Below are positions 28,361 through 37,630 of a stretch of DNA of 55,012 nt, piece after piece. The position numbers and the translations under genes were made by a program. Origin of the DNA: an uncultured Syntrophaceae bacterium. GTDB lineage: Bacteria; Desulfobacterota; BSN033; UBA1163. Each line of letters begins with the position of its first letter. Positions within the stretch are counted from its first letter, which is position 1. The stretch is from the NCBI GenBank assembly GCA_964517975.1, contig CAZFDM010000190.1, positions 1 to 55,012 of the forward strand, in the 5' to 3' direction. The notes below the pieces were generated by a model. It had not been told where the DNA came from, ran no database searches, and worked only from the letters and a program-made list of their open reading frames with translations.

Positions 28361-29278
28361 ATGAACCAAACGCATCCGAGTAATCGAAAGGCGATCTGGA
28401 CCATCGGTGGGGGGAAAGGGGGAAGTGGAAAGAGTTTTATTATTGCCAATCTTGGGATCTGTCTATCGAAATTGGGGGCCAACGTCATCTTAGTCGATGC
28501 AGACCTGGGAGGAGCCAATCTCCATACCTTTTTTGGGATCTTTCCTCCAGGGCTCTCCCTGTCTGATTTCATTCAGAGAAGGGTTTCCCATCTTCATGAC
28601 GCTCTTATTCCTACAGGGGTTCCCAACCTTCAACTTCTCAGTGGCGCCCAAGATCTTCTCAATTCAGCGGATCCAAAGAGCCTTCAAAAGCGAAAACTTC
28701 TCCGTTCTATTCAATACTTGGATGGAGATTATATTCTGGTCGATCTTGGAGCAGGGAGCTCTCTAAGTGTTCTGGATTTCTTTTTGATGTCAGATGGTGG
28801 AATTTTAGTAGTGACCCCTGAACCTACTTCCATTGAGAATATGTACCGCTTTCTTAAAAGCGCTTTTTATCGAAGGCTTAGACAAACGGCCTCCTCTCAT
28901 TCAATCAAAATGCTTATCGAAAGCGCAATGGATCGAAAAAATGAGAATGGCATTCAGAATCCATCCGATCTAATAAGAGCAGTGAAACAGGTCAGCGTGG
29001 AGGAGGCCAAGAGGATGGAAGAGGAGGTGGAAGCCTTTAGACCCAATCTGATTCTGAATCAGGTTCGTTCGAAAAAGGATATTGAGATCGGTTTTTCCAT
29101 TCGCTCCGCCTGCCAGAAATATTTTAGCATTCACCTTCACTATTTAGGTTATATTCTTTTTGACCAAGAGGTTAGCCATTCCGTACGGAGGCGAAAGCCC
29201 CTGGTCTTAGAGAATGCCCGTTCCAGAGCGGCCCAATGCCTTTTTGAGATTGCCTCTAAACTGGCCAATCGTCATTAA
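28361..29278 (+). CDS. MinD/ParA-family P-loop ATPase
   Basis: Deviant Walker A GGGKGGSGKS and Walker B-like ILVDLGAG. Confidence 0.8.
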   Translation: MNQTHPSNRKAIWTIGGGKGGSGKSFIIANLGICLSKLGANVILVDADLGGANLHTFFGIFPPGLSLSDFIQRRVSHLHDALIPTGVPNLQLLSGAQDLLNSADPKSLQKRKLLRSIQYLDGDYILVDLGAGSSLSVLDFFLMSDGGILVVTPEPTSIENMYRFLKSAFYRRLRQTASSHSIKMLIESAMDRKNENGIQNPSDLIRAVKQVSVEEAKRMEEEVEAFRPNLILNQVRSKKDIEIGFSIRSACQKYFSIHLHYLGYILFDQEVSHSVRRRKPLVLENARSRAAQCLFEIASKLANRH

Positions 29279-29304
29279 AGATTTTTGATGAAAAGGGAGG
29301 AGCC

Positions 29305-29898
29305 ATGAGGCGAATTGAAGAGCAGAGTTACTATGAAATCTTAGAGGTTTCTCCAGATGCCTCGGCCAAAGAGATTCAAAGGGCTTATGAACTTGCCCAA
29401 GAGACGTTCGCCCCTGAATCCATGGCCATCTACTCCCTTTTTAGCGAAAAAGAACTTCAAGAGATCCAAGGGGCCATCGAAGAGGCCTACCATGTGTTGA
29501 TGGACGAAAATTTAAGGAAGAATTATGACCAATTCCATCTTCAACCGAATATGGGAAGGGACCGAAAAAAAACCACTGAGAGCCCAGTAGACTTTCAAGG
29601 GAAAGAACCCTCTCTTTCCTTTACGGGCCTTTTGGCTCCCACAGAGGTAGAATCCTATCGGGGGAAAACACTGAGGGAGATTCGAGAAAAGATGGGCATC
29701 GACTTAAAGGCGATCTCTTCAGAAACAAAGATCAACCCAAAGATCTTGGAATGGATTGAAGAAGAGGCATGGGATAAACTCCCGCCCGATGTCTATCTAA
29801 AAGGCTTCTTAAAAGGATATGCTCAATTACTCAACCTTGATCCCAAAAGGGTGGTGGAGGACTATTTAAAATTTAGCCCAAGGGGTAAGAAAAAATAG
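29305..29898 (+). CDS. J-domain-like (HPD-less) N-terminus fused to RodZ-like helix-turn-helix domain protein
   Basis: YYEILEVSPDASAKEIQRAYELAQETFAPE is J-like, with FAP where HPD is expected. The C-terminus LREIREKMGIDLKAISSETKINPKILEWIEE...YLKGFLKGYAQLL is RodZ/HTH_25-like. Confidence 0.6.
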   Translation: MRRIEEQSYYEILEVSPDASAKEIQRAYELAQETFAPESMAIYSLFSEKELQEIQGAIEEAYHVLMDENLRKNYDQFHLQPNMGRDRKKTTESPVDFQGKEPSLSFTGLLAPTEVESYRGKTLREIREKMGIDLKAISSETKINPKILEWIEEEAWDKLPPDVYLKGFLKGYAQLLNLDPKRVVEDYLKFSPRGKKK

Positions 29899-29908
29899 AC
29901 CTTACCCC
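29882..29908. terminator. Shared stem-loop at convergent gene ends
   Basis: GGGGTAAG-(11 nt)-CTTACCCC forms an 8-bp perfect stem spanning the stop codon at 29896-29898. It lies 8 nt from the end of the minus-strand gene (29916). Confidence 0.4.
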
Positions 29909-29915
29909 AAACCTC

Positions 29916-30452
29916 TCAGGGTGTTCCCGAACTGAGTTCTTCCAGGAGGGTTTTCATCCGCTCGGCAATTTGGCTGTTGAATCCAACGATCTTTTCATGA
30001 ATCTTTCCTTCCTTATTGATGAAGAAGGTAGTTGGAAGGTTAGTCACTCTATAGTTTTGGACTACCTCAGGGGAGGCAATAGCAATGGGGTAGGGGATAT
30101 TCATGGACTTTGCGAAATTTCTAACCCTTTCGATCTCTCCCTTATCCATACTGATTCCAATGACCTCAACCCCCTTAGACTGATAGTTCTTATAGAGAGA
30201 GATCAGGTGGGGGATTGATTCCCGACAGGGCCCACACCAGGTTGCCCAGAAATCAAGGAGGATAGGTTTGCCTTTGAGTTTGGAAAGAGTAATCTCCTCT
30301 TCCTCCAGGGTCTTAAGGGTAAAATCAGGGGCCGTAGTAGAGGCCAGATCCGATTTTTTGTTGGTACAATGGGTCAAAAAGAATGTCGTTAGGATCAACA
30401 GAATGAGAAAAGAAAAGATTAGAGTCGAATCATGTTTCATGATTGAACCCAT
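29916..30452 (-). CDS. TlpA/ResA-like periplasmic thiol:disulfide oxidoreductase (thioredoxin fold), probable lipoprotein
   Basis: WATWCGPC active site, a hydrophobic N-terminus and a Cys (FFLTHCTNK). Confidence 0.8.
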   Translation of the reverse strand: MGSIMKHDSTLIFSFLILLILTTFFLTHCTNKKSDLASTTAPDFTLKTLEEEEITLSKLKGKPILLDFWATWCGPCRESIPHLISLYKNYQSKGVEVIGISMDKGEIERVRNFAKSMNIPYPIAIASPEVVQNYRVTNLPTTFFINKEGKIHEKIVGFNSQIAERMKTLLEELSSGTP

Positions 30453-30566
30453 GGCCCCTTTTTACGCCAAATGTTCCCAAAACCCCAGCCTCTCTTTGAT
30501 TTGTTTTCATTAGGAAACGTCGCGGAGAAGGATGAAAAAGATTTGAAGGGTCAGGTTGGATTTTGG

Positions 30567-30911
30567 TTAATCTTGAAAGGCCTTTTCAATTAAGGCCTTC
30601 AACCTGGCCTTTGGCACAAGTCCAACAATTTGATCAATAAGGGTGCCATTTTTGAAAAGAATAAGCATGGGAATTCCCCTCACTCCATATTGAGCCGAAG
30701 TTACTGGGTTTTCTTCCACATTGAGTTTTGTGATTTTAACTTTTCCTGAGTACTCTTTTGCCAATTCTTCAACCATTGGGCGGATGCTACGGCACGGCCC
30801 ACACCAGGTGGCCCAGAATTCAACCAGAACAGGTAAGTCTGATTGGAGAACTTCTGTAGCAAAATTTTTATCATTGATAGTAATTAGATTGGATTCCTTC
30901 TCCATTTCCAC
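30567..30911 (-). CDS. trxA: Thioredoxin
   Basis: 114 aa with WATWCGPC and GIRGIPMLILFKNG blocks. Confidence 0.9.
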   Translation of the reverse strand: MEMEKESNLITINDKNFATEVLQSDLPVLVEFWATWCGPCRSIRPMVEELAKEYSGKVKITKLNVEENPVTSAQYGVRGIPMLILFKNGTLIDQIVGLVPKARLKALIEKAFQD

Positions 30912-30963
30912 CCTTTTTTAAAGGGTAACTTATTTTTTATTCCCTTTCAACTCTTGGGCAAAA

Positions 30964-31986
30964 TTACCATCTCCTCTCTAAAACATAATCGGCCATTGCC
31001 ATAAGAGCCTCTTTCTCTTTGGATGGACTGAAGATGCGGAGTTCTTGCTTGGCATTTTCAATATATCGTTTGGCTTTCTCGAAGGTATATTGAATTCCTT
31101 GGTATTTTTCTATGAGTTCAACCACCTGGGAGAAATCTCCTGGGGTGATTGGATCGGATTGAACGATTTTCTCAACCATGGCCTTCTCTTTGGAATCGCA
31201 ATGGCTCAGGGTGTGGATTAAAGGAAGGGTGATTTTCCCTTCCTGGAGATCTGTCCCAATCTTCTTCCCAAATTCTTCTTCTTTGGAGGTGTAATCCAAG
31301 TTGTCATCAATCAATTGGAAGGCCATGCCTACATCCCTTCCAAATGAAAAAAGGGCTTTCTCCTTTTCCTCTGAAACCTCTCCGAGGATGGCACCGATCT
31401 GGGTTGCGGCTGAGATTAAAGAGGCTGTTTTTTTGGCCACAATGGAGAGATAGGTTTCTTCGCTGAGAGTGAGGTCATTGGTTTTAATCAATTCCATTAA
31501 TTCCCCTTCCGCCAGGAGAGTGGTCGCCTTGGACATGGTTTGGAGGATTTTCCAGTTGCCATTTTCTACCATCAGAGAGAAACACTTTGTAAAAAGGAAG
31601 TCCCCGACCAGGACAGAAGCTTCGTTTCCCCAGATGGCATTGGCAGAGTTCATTCCCCTTCGCAATTCTGCCCTATCCACCACATCGTCATGGAGTAGGG
31701 TAGCGGTGTGGATGAATTCAACGAGACTGGCCATCGAGATGTGACGGTCTCCTTGATAGCCACACAACTTGGCTGAGAGCAGAAGGAGTTTTGCTCGAAA
31801 CCGCTTTCCTCCACTGAGGAGGAGATATTCCCCAATGGTGGAGATGATCGGAACTTCTGACTTTAAATTTTTCCTAAATTCCAGATCTACTTTTTCGACC
31901 TCATCCTTGATCAACTCAAGAAAGTCTTCCAAGGTAAAGGATTTTTCTTCCGGAAGGGATTGAATTTTTCCTGAGAAATTCATCAT
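30964..31986 (-). CDS. Polyprenyl diphosphate synthase (trans-isoprenyl, IspB-like long-chain type)
   Basis: First DDxxD motif LLHDDVVD and second QLIDDNLD. 340 aa. Confidence 0.85.
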   Translation of the reverse strand: MMNFSGKIQSLPEEKSFTLEDFLELIKDEVEKVDLEFRKNLKSEVPIISTIGEYLLLSGGKRFRAKLLLLSAKLCGYQGDRHISMASLVEFIHTATLLHDDVVDRAELRRGMNSANAIWGNEASVLVGDFLFTKCFSLMVENGNWKILQTMSKATTLLAEGELMELIKTNDLTLSEETYLSIVAKKTASLISAATQIGAILGEVSEEKEKALFSFGRDVGMAFQLIDDNLDYTSKEEEFGKKIGTDLQEGKITLPLIHTLSHCDSKEKAMVEKIVQSDPITPGDFSQVVELIEKYQGIQYTFEKAKRYIENAKQELRIFSPSKEKEALMAMADYVLERRW

Positions 31987-32107
31987 AGAATTTTTATCCT
32001 ATTCAGGAAGGGTTGTCAAAAAATTTTTTAGAGGCCTCTGAATAAGTCATATGGGAGAATGGTTTATTATATACCTTTTCAGTTTGAAGCAGTCTCTGAG
32101 AAGGGGT

Positions 32108-32803
32108 TTAGGGGTGAAGAATCAGGGGAGGCATGATCGTTAACTCAACCCCACTTACTTTGATGGATTCAATGAGGACAAATTTGGAAGGCTCATTTGG
32201 CCAGGGATAAACGAGTTGTAATCGCTTTGGTTCCAGTTGAGAGTTTCTTAAGGCGACCATAAGATCAATTAACCTCGATGAGGAAAAGATTAAATAGCAC
32301 CTTCCTTTTTGTCGAAGAAGATAGGAGGCTACTTGGACCAGTTCGTTAATGGTTCCGTTAAACTCATGGCGAGCGATCGCCTTCTCCTCTGAGGGGTTTA
32401 TCCTACCTGTCGAGAGTCTTCGATAAGGAGGGTTTGAAAAGACAACGTCAAAAGATCCTGATGGAAATATTTTCCTTAGTTCTCTGTAATCTTGATGAAG
32501 AATGGAGATCTTATCTTCAAGACGGTTTAAGGTGACATTTCTCTGAGCGCATTCGGCCAGGCTCTTTTGAATTTCAACACCGATAAAGGAACGGCCCTTG
32601 GTTGTCTTCGATAGCAAGAGAGGAAGAATTCCACAACCTGTTCCTAAATCGATCGCCTTTTCATTCTTTTGAATATGGATGAATTGGCTGAGCAGTATGG
32701 CATCGATCGAAAATCGATACCCCTTCTTTTTTTGCAAGACTTTAAGGGGTCCATTAAGGAAGGTATCAAGCGTTTCATCAGGTAATGGATAAGGTTTCAT
32801 CAA
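32108..32803 (-). CDS. SAM-dependent methyltransferase, tRNA1(Val) m6A37 (TrmN6/YfiC)-like
   Basis: The SAM motif AIDLGTGCGILPL and the NPPY motif (FSNPPYRR) match the N6-adenine MTase small-domain type. Confidence 0.75.
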   Translation of the reverse strand: MMKPYPLPDETLDTFLNGPLKVLQKKKGYRFSIDAILLSQFIHIQKNEKAIDLGTGCGILPLLLSKTTKGRSFIGVEIQKSLAECAQRNVTLNRLEDKISILHQDYRELRKIFPSGSFDVVFSNPPYRRLSTGRINPSEEKAIARHEFNGTINELVQVASYLLRQKGRCYLIFSSSRLIDLMVALRNSQLEPKRLQLVYPWPNEPSKFVLIESIKVSGVELTIMPPLILHP

Positions 32804-33030
32804 TCAAAAAGTACCATAGAAAAAAGAGGACTGTCAAATTGCTCCCTTCATTTTGGGTTGGTCAAAGGTTAAAATTTGTTCAAAAAAGGAGAAAAGGATG
32901 TAAAAAAAGTATTCACCTGATATTTTTCAATCACAATAATTTTTTTATCAAATTCAATAAATATTTAATGATTTTGACAAATTAGGTAGTGATACAAAGG
33001 GGTTGGTATGGATATTGCTTAGAATTTTTC

Positions 33031-33059
33031 TTGACAAATATTTTATAAGAGGCTAATTT
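33031..33059 (+). promoter_or_regulatory. Candidate sigma70 promoter upstream of the LysM gene
   Basis: CTTGACAAAT with TTGACA at 33031-33036, a 17-nt spacer and TAATTT at 33054-33059, about 40 nt before the ATG at 33101. Confidence 0.35.
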
Positions 33060-33100
33060 TTAAAAGACTTTATTGGATTAAAGAAATTGAGGAGGTCTAT

Positions 33101-33877
33101 ATGAGAGGACGAAGGTGGATTTATATAATGTTTGGGATAATGGCCTTTTCCATTTTTCTCCAATCTCCACTGGCAGAGGAGAAGAAAGAGGGGGAAGAGA
33201 TTTATACCATTAAACAGGGGGATACCCTTTGGGATATATCTGCCAAGTTTTTAAAGGACCCTTTCCTCTGGCCAAAATTATGGCAGAGAAATCCTTATAT
33301 CACCAATCCTCACTGGATCTACCCTGGACAACCTGTTCGTCTTTCCCCACTTGAAGAGGTAAGGAAAGAAGAGACCAAGAAGGTAGTGGTTGAGGAAAAG
33401 CCAAAAGAAGTAACCCAGGAACCAGAAGTCAAAAAAGTCATCGAACCACCTCCAGTAAAACCACCCGAATTAGTAGTGGAGAGGAAACCCGTGGTGGAAA
33501 GACCTACGGTTTTTCCCGAAACTCGGTCGGCTGGATTTTTTAGCGATATTGATTATAAAGGAATTGGAATCATCCTTGAGAGCAAAGAAGGGAAAACTCT
33601 CATGTCGGAAGGAGATATTTGTTATCTTGCCTTCAAAACCGCCGAGCCCGTTTTAATCGGAGATAAATACACGGTCTTCCGAGCTTCTGAGTTAATTGTC
33701 CATCCAACCACAGGCAAGAGAATTGGACGAAGATATAATATTACTGGAAATATTCAGATCATCGATCGCTATGGAACATTTTATACTGCCAAAGTGATAG
33801 AGGCCTTTGATGCCGTTGAAAAAGGAGATCTAATTCGGCCCTATTTAAAAGAAAGGATGGAGATAGAGAAAAGATAA
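33101..33877 (+). CDS. LysM peptidoglycan-binding domain protein
   Basis: Signal-like N-terminus and LysM block YTIKQGDTLWDISAKFLKDPFLWPKLWQRNPYITNPHWIYPGQPV, followed by a P/E/K/V-rich linker. Confidence 0.75.
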   Translation: MRGRRWIYIMFGIMAFSIFLQSPLAEEKKEGEEIYTIKQGDTLWDISAKFLKDPFLWPKLWQRNPYITNPHWIYPGQPVRLSPLEEVRKEETKKVVVEEKPKEVTQEPEVKKVIEPPPVKPPELVVERKPVVERPTVFPETRSAGFFSDIDYKGIGIILESKEGKTLMSEGDICYLAFKTAEPVLIGDKYTVFRASELIVHPTTGKRIGRRYNITGNIQIIDRYGTFYTAKVIEAFDAVEKGDLIRPYLKERMEIEKR

Positions 33878-33920
33878 AAGTAGAAATATTAACAAAATTC
33901 ATTTAAAATTTATGAGGTTT

Positions 33921-33975
33921 AGGAGATAAAGAAGTTCCATAAAGATTTGGTCTTTATTTCCTAAGCCTTTTTTGT
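33921..33975 (+). terminator. Rho-independent terminator after the LysM gene
   Basis: AGGAGATAAAGA-(18 nt)-TCTTTATTTCCT forms 12 bp with one G-T pair, followed by AAGCCTTTTTTG. Confidence 0.55.
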
Positions 33976-34102
33976 TAATATTCAACTCCATCTCGCCAAG
34001 ACAGGATGACCCTGACTCCGGATGGTTTAGGGTAGAGCGGGTCGAGAAAAGCCTACTCTCCTGGTCCTTTTAAGCCGATCCCTATTTTTCATAGAGGAGT
34101 TT

Positions 34103-35203
34103 ATGGTTGATGAAATGTTTTATTGGTTAGCACTGAACTTCGTTCCTGGGATTGGGAGTGTTCTTTTTCGACGACTCATCGATCGGTTTAGGAGCCCCGA
34201 GGCGGTGTTTCGGGCTCCGGAGAAGGAATTATTGAAGGTAGAGGGAGTGAGTAGAAATTTAATCTTAGAAATCCAGAAAGGTCCGCCTGAAAAAAGAGTA
34301 AAGAGGGAATTGACTCTACTCAATGAAATCGGAGCAAAACTTTTAACCTTTCAGGATGATCTCTATCCAAACCGTTTAAAAGAAATCTATGATCCCCCTC
34401 CTTTACTCTATCTCAGAGGAGAAATTAAAGAAGAAGATGAGCTGGCAGTGGCTATTGTAGGAAGTAGAAAGACGACCCCCTACGGGAGATGGATGGCTGA
34501 AAAGATTAGCCAAGATTTAAGCCAGCATGGAATCACCATTATTAGTGGGATGGCAAGGGGAATTGATTCAGTCGCTCATTGGGGTGCTCTTTCCGGTGGA
34601 GGAAGGACGATTGCTGTCTTGGGGTGTGGGGTCGATGTGATCTATCCTACTGAGAATCGAGGCCTATCCCAGAAGATTATTGAGCAAGGTGCACTTCTTT
34701 CTGAATTTCCAATAGGGACACCTCCCGAAAGTGGTCACTTTCCAAGGAGAAACCGTATCATCAGCGGGCTGGCCATTGGAGTGGTCATTGTTCAGGCAGG
34801 GGAGAGGAGCGGTGCTTTGATTACAGCAGGTTATGCCCTTGAACAAGGAAGGGAGGTATTTGCCGTCCCAGGAAATGTAGGAACAGAGACCAGCCGGGGA
34901 GCCAATCGGTTGATTCGGGAGGGGGCAAAAATGGTGGAAACGAGTGAGGACATCCTTGAAGAGATATTGCCCCAATGGAAAAAAGAGAAGGAAGTTAGAT
35001 CAGAAGAGAATAAGATCTTTTTAGACCTTTCAGAGGAGGAGAAAAAGTTGTATTCCCTGCTGGGGGGAGACCCCATGCATATTGATGCACTCATCAGGGA
35101 GAGTCAATTCGAACCTGGACAGGTTTCGAGCCTCCTTTTGAATTTGGAAATGAAAGGCTTGATTACCCAATGGCCAGGAAAATATTTTACTAAAAGGATG
35201 TGA
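34103..35203 (+). CDS. dprA: DNA-processing protein A (DprA/Smf)
   Basis: GMARGIDSVAHWGAL, FPRRNRIISGL and ERSGALITA blocks. 366 aa. Confidence 0.9.
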   Translation: MVDEMFYWLALNFVPGIGSVLFRRLIDRFRSPEAVFRAPEKELLKVEGVSRNLILEIQKGPPEKRVKRELTLLNEIGAKLLTFQDDLYPNRLKEIYDPPPLLYLRGEIKEEDELAVAIVGSRKTTPYGRWMAEKISQDLSQHGITIISGMARGIDSVAHWGALSGGGRTIAVLGCGVDVIYPTENRGLSQKIIEQGALLSEFPIGTPPESGHFPRRNRIISGLAIGVVIVQAGERSGALITAGYALEQGREVFAVPGNVGTETSRGANRLIREGAKMVETSEDILEEILPQWKKEKEVRSEENKIFLDLSEEEKKLYSLLGGDPMHIDALIRESQFEPGQVSSLLLNLEMKGLITQWPGKYFTKRM

Positions 35204-35284
35204 TCGTGTACCACGAGGGGGGATTGTTTTTAAAAAGTTTCATCACCTTTTTTATGGTCTACGCTCACGGTAGGAGTTTTTGAA

Positions 35285-37507
35285 ATGTCAAAAGGGTTAA
35301 TTGTGGTTGAATCTCCAGCAAAGGTTAGGACGCTTCAGAAATTTTTAGGAGGGGATTATATCATCAAAGCATCCGTGGGCCATATCAAAGACCTCCCAGA
35401 AGATGAATTGGGAGTCGATATCCAAAGAGATTTCCAACCTCGTTATGTGATTCTTCCAGGAAAGGCAAAAGTCATCCGGGAACTAAAAAAGGCAAGCAAA
35501 GAAGTGAAGAAAGTTTACCTTGGACCTGATCCCGATAGGGAAGGAGAGGCCATTGCCTGGCACATTGCCGAAGAGATAGGAGACGGGAATAAAGATATTT
35601 ATCGTGTTCTCTTCAATGAGATTACCCAAAAGGCTGTCCTTGAGGCACTGAAACATCCTGGTTCACTCCAACCCTCGAAATATGAAGCCCAACAGGCCAG
35701 GCGGATTTTAGACCGTTTGGTTGGATATCAGATCAGTCCCCTCCTCTGGGATAAGGTACGGAGAGGCCTGAGCGCAGGTCGTGTCCAGTCTGTTGCGGTT
35801 CGCATCATCTGTGAAAGAGAACGAGAAATTCAGAACTTTGTTCCCAAAGAGTATTGGTCTATTACCGCTACGTTGAGAGGGAAGACTTCCCCCACTCCCT
35901 TTGAGGCCAAATTGGTCAAATGGAGAGGGAGAAAGGTCAACTTGACCAATGAGCAAGAGGCAACCGCCTTAAAGGCAATCCTGGAGAAGGCTCCTTATAC
36001 TGTTTTAAAAATCCATCAGCAAGAGAAGAAGCGACACCCCCTTCCACCCTTTATCACCAGTCGTCTTCAGCAGGAGGCCTATCGAAAACTATCCTTCACC
36101 GCCAATAAGACAATGAGAATTGCTCAACAGTTATACGAAGGGGTGGACCTTGGTGAAATGGGGACCGTGGGTCTGATCACCTATATGAGGACGGATTCCT
36201 TTAGGGTCTCCTCTGAAGCAATTCATGGAGTTCGAAACTGGATTAAGGAACGCTTTGGAGAGCCCTACCTTCCCTCTAAGCCCAATCTCTATAAGAGCCG
36301 TAAGACCGCCCAAGAAGCCCATGAAGCAATTCGTCCTACTTCCATGGATTTTGAACCTGAAAAGCTAAAAGACCGATTGGATAAAGATCAGTGGGCCCTT
36401 TACAAATTGATTTGGGATCGATTTGTTGCCTCCCAAATGGCCCCTGCGGTCTTTCAGCAGACCACTGTAGAGATCCAGGCAGATGAAGCCATTTTTAGCG
36501 CCGTCGGAACTGTTCCCTTATTTCAAGGATTTATGGCCCTCTATATCGAAGCAGAAGAGAACCATGAAGAAGGGGATGAGGAGAAACGATTACCTCTTCT
36601 CTTAGAAGGGGAGGTTTTGGACCTGATGGGGTTGATTTCCAAACAACATTTCACCCAACCGCCTAATCGTTTTTCTGAAGCCACTCTGATTAAAGAATTG
36701 GAGGAGAGGGGGATTGGAAGACCTTCCACCTACGCCACCATTTTAGCTACGATTAAAGAGAGAGGGTATGTGGGTGTGGAAAAGGGGAAGTTTTTCCCTA
36801 CGGAGTTGGGATGTTTGGTCAATGACCTTCTGGTCGTTAATTTCCCTGACATTTTTGATGTCGAGTTTACTGCCCAGATGGAGGAGAATTTAGATAAGAT
36901 CGAAGAAGGAGAGAAGGGTTGGGTTGAGACGTTAAGAGAATTTTATCTTCCATTCCAAAAAGATTTGGAGATGGCCAAAGTTTCGATGAGGGATTTAAAA
37001 AAGGAAAAGATCCCTACCGAGATTCCTTGTGAAAAGTGTGGAGCAACGATGGTCAAGCGTTGGGGTAAACGAGGGTTTTTCTTGGCCTGCTCTAACTATC
37101 CAAAGTGTCGTTATACACGAGAAGTCGTGGAAAATGAAAAGGATAAACCGGAAGTCCCCATCCGTTGTGAAAAGTGTGGAAGCCCAATGGTTATCCGAAA
37201 TGGGAAGTTTGGTAGATTTTTGGCCTGTTCTAATTACCCTTCTTGTAGGTATACCCAATCTCTGGAGACAGGGGTCCAATGTCCCCAGCCAGGATGCGAC
37301 GGAGTGATTGTTGAACGAATGACCCGTAAAGGGAAGACCTTCTATAGTTGTTCAAATTATCCGAAGTGCACTTTTGCCTTATGGGATAGACCTATCCCCG
37401 AGAAATGCCCTATGTGTGGCTCCCCCTATTTGATTGAGAAGGAAGGAAAGGGAGGGGTGGTCAGGCGCTGTCCCCAAAAAGAATGTGGCTATCGTTCTCA
37501 AGAATGA
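35285..37507 (+). CDS. topA: DNA topoisomerase I with four C-terminal Cys4 zinc ribbons
   Basis: Toprim N-terminus LIVVESPAKVRTLQKFLG, active-site Tyr block GLITYMRTDS, and four CxxC...C..C repeats (for example CEKCGATMV...CSNYPKCRY). Confidence 0.95.
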   Translation: MSKGLIVVESPAKVRTLQKFLGGDYIIKASVGHIKDLPEDELGVDIQRDFQPRYVILPGKAKVIRELKKASKEVKKVYLGPDPDREGEAIAWHIAEEIGDGNKDIYRVLFNEITQKAVLEALKHPGSLQPSKYEAQQARRILDRLVGYQISPLLWDKVRRGLSAGRVQSVAVRIICEREREIQNFVPKEYWSITATLRGKTSPTPFEAKLVKWRGRKVNLTNEQEATALKAILEKAPYTVLKIHQQEKKRHPLPPFITSRLQQEAYRKLSFTANKTMRIAQQLYEGVDLGEMGTVGLITYMRTDSFRVSSEAIHGVRNWIKERFGEPYLPSKPNLYKSRKTAQEAHEAIRPTSMDFEPEKLKDRLDKDQWALYKLIWDRFVASQMAPAVFQQTTVEIQADEAIFSAVGTVPLFQGFMALYIEAEENHEEGDEEKRLPLLLEGEVLDLMGLISKQHFTQPPNRFSEATLIKELEERGIGRPSTYATILATIKERGYVGVEKGKFFPTELGCLVNDLLVVNFPDIFDVEFTAQMEENLDKIEEGEKGWVETLREFYLPFQKDLEMAKVSMRDLKKEKIPTEIPCEKCGATMVKRWGKRGFFLACSNYPKCRYTREVVENEKDKPEVPIRCEKCGSPMVIRNGKFGRFLACSNYPSCRYTQSLETGVQCPQPGCDGVIVERMTRKGKTFYSCSNYPKCTFALWDRPIPEKCPMCGSPYLIEKEGKGGVVRRCPQKECGYRSQE

Positions 37508-37630
37508 CGGAGTTTGGGCATTTCACCTACCTTCAATCCTCTTTGGTGTGCTCCATTTCGAATCCATCCATGGTCACTCGATCTGAATTTTTTTTGCAAA
37601 TTACGTAAGGAAGGAATAAAATAGCGATTT

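Noticed and set aside
37557-37565. A TTCGAATCC tRNA T-loop-like string between topA and trmFO, possibly a tRNA or att remnant.
   Set aside because: The flanking bases do not form a T-stem, acceptor stem or anticodon arm, so no cloverleaf can be drawn.
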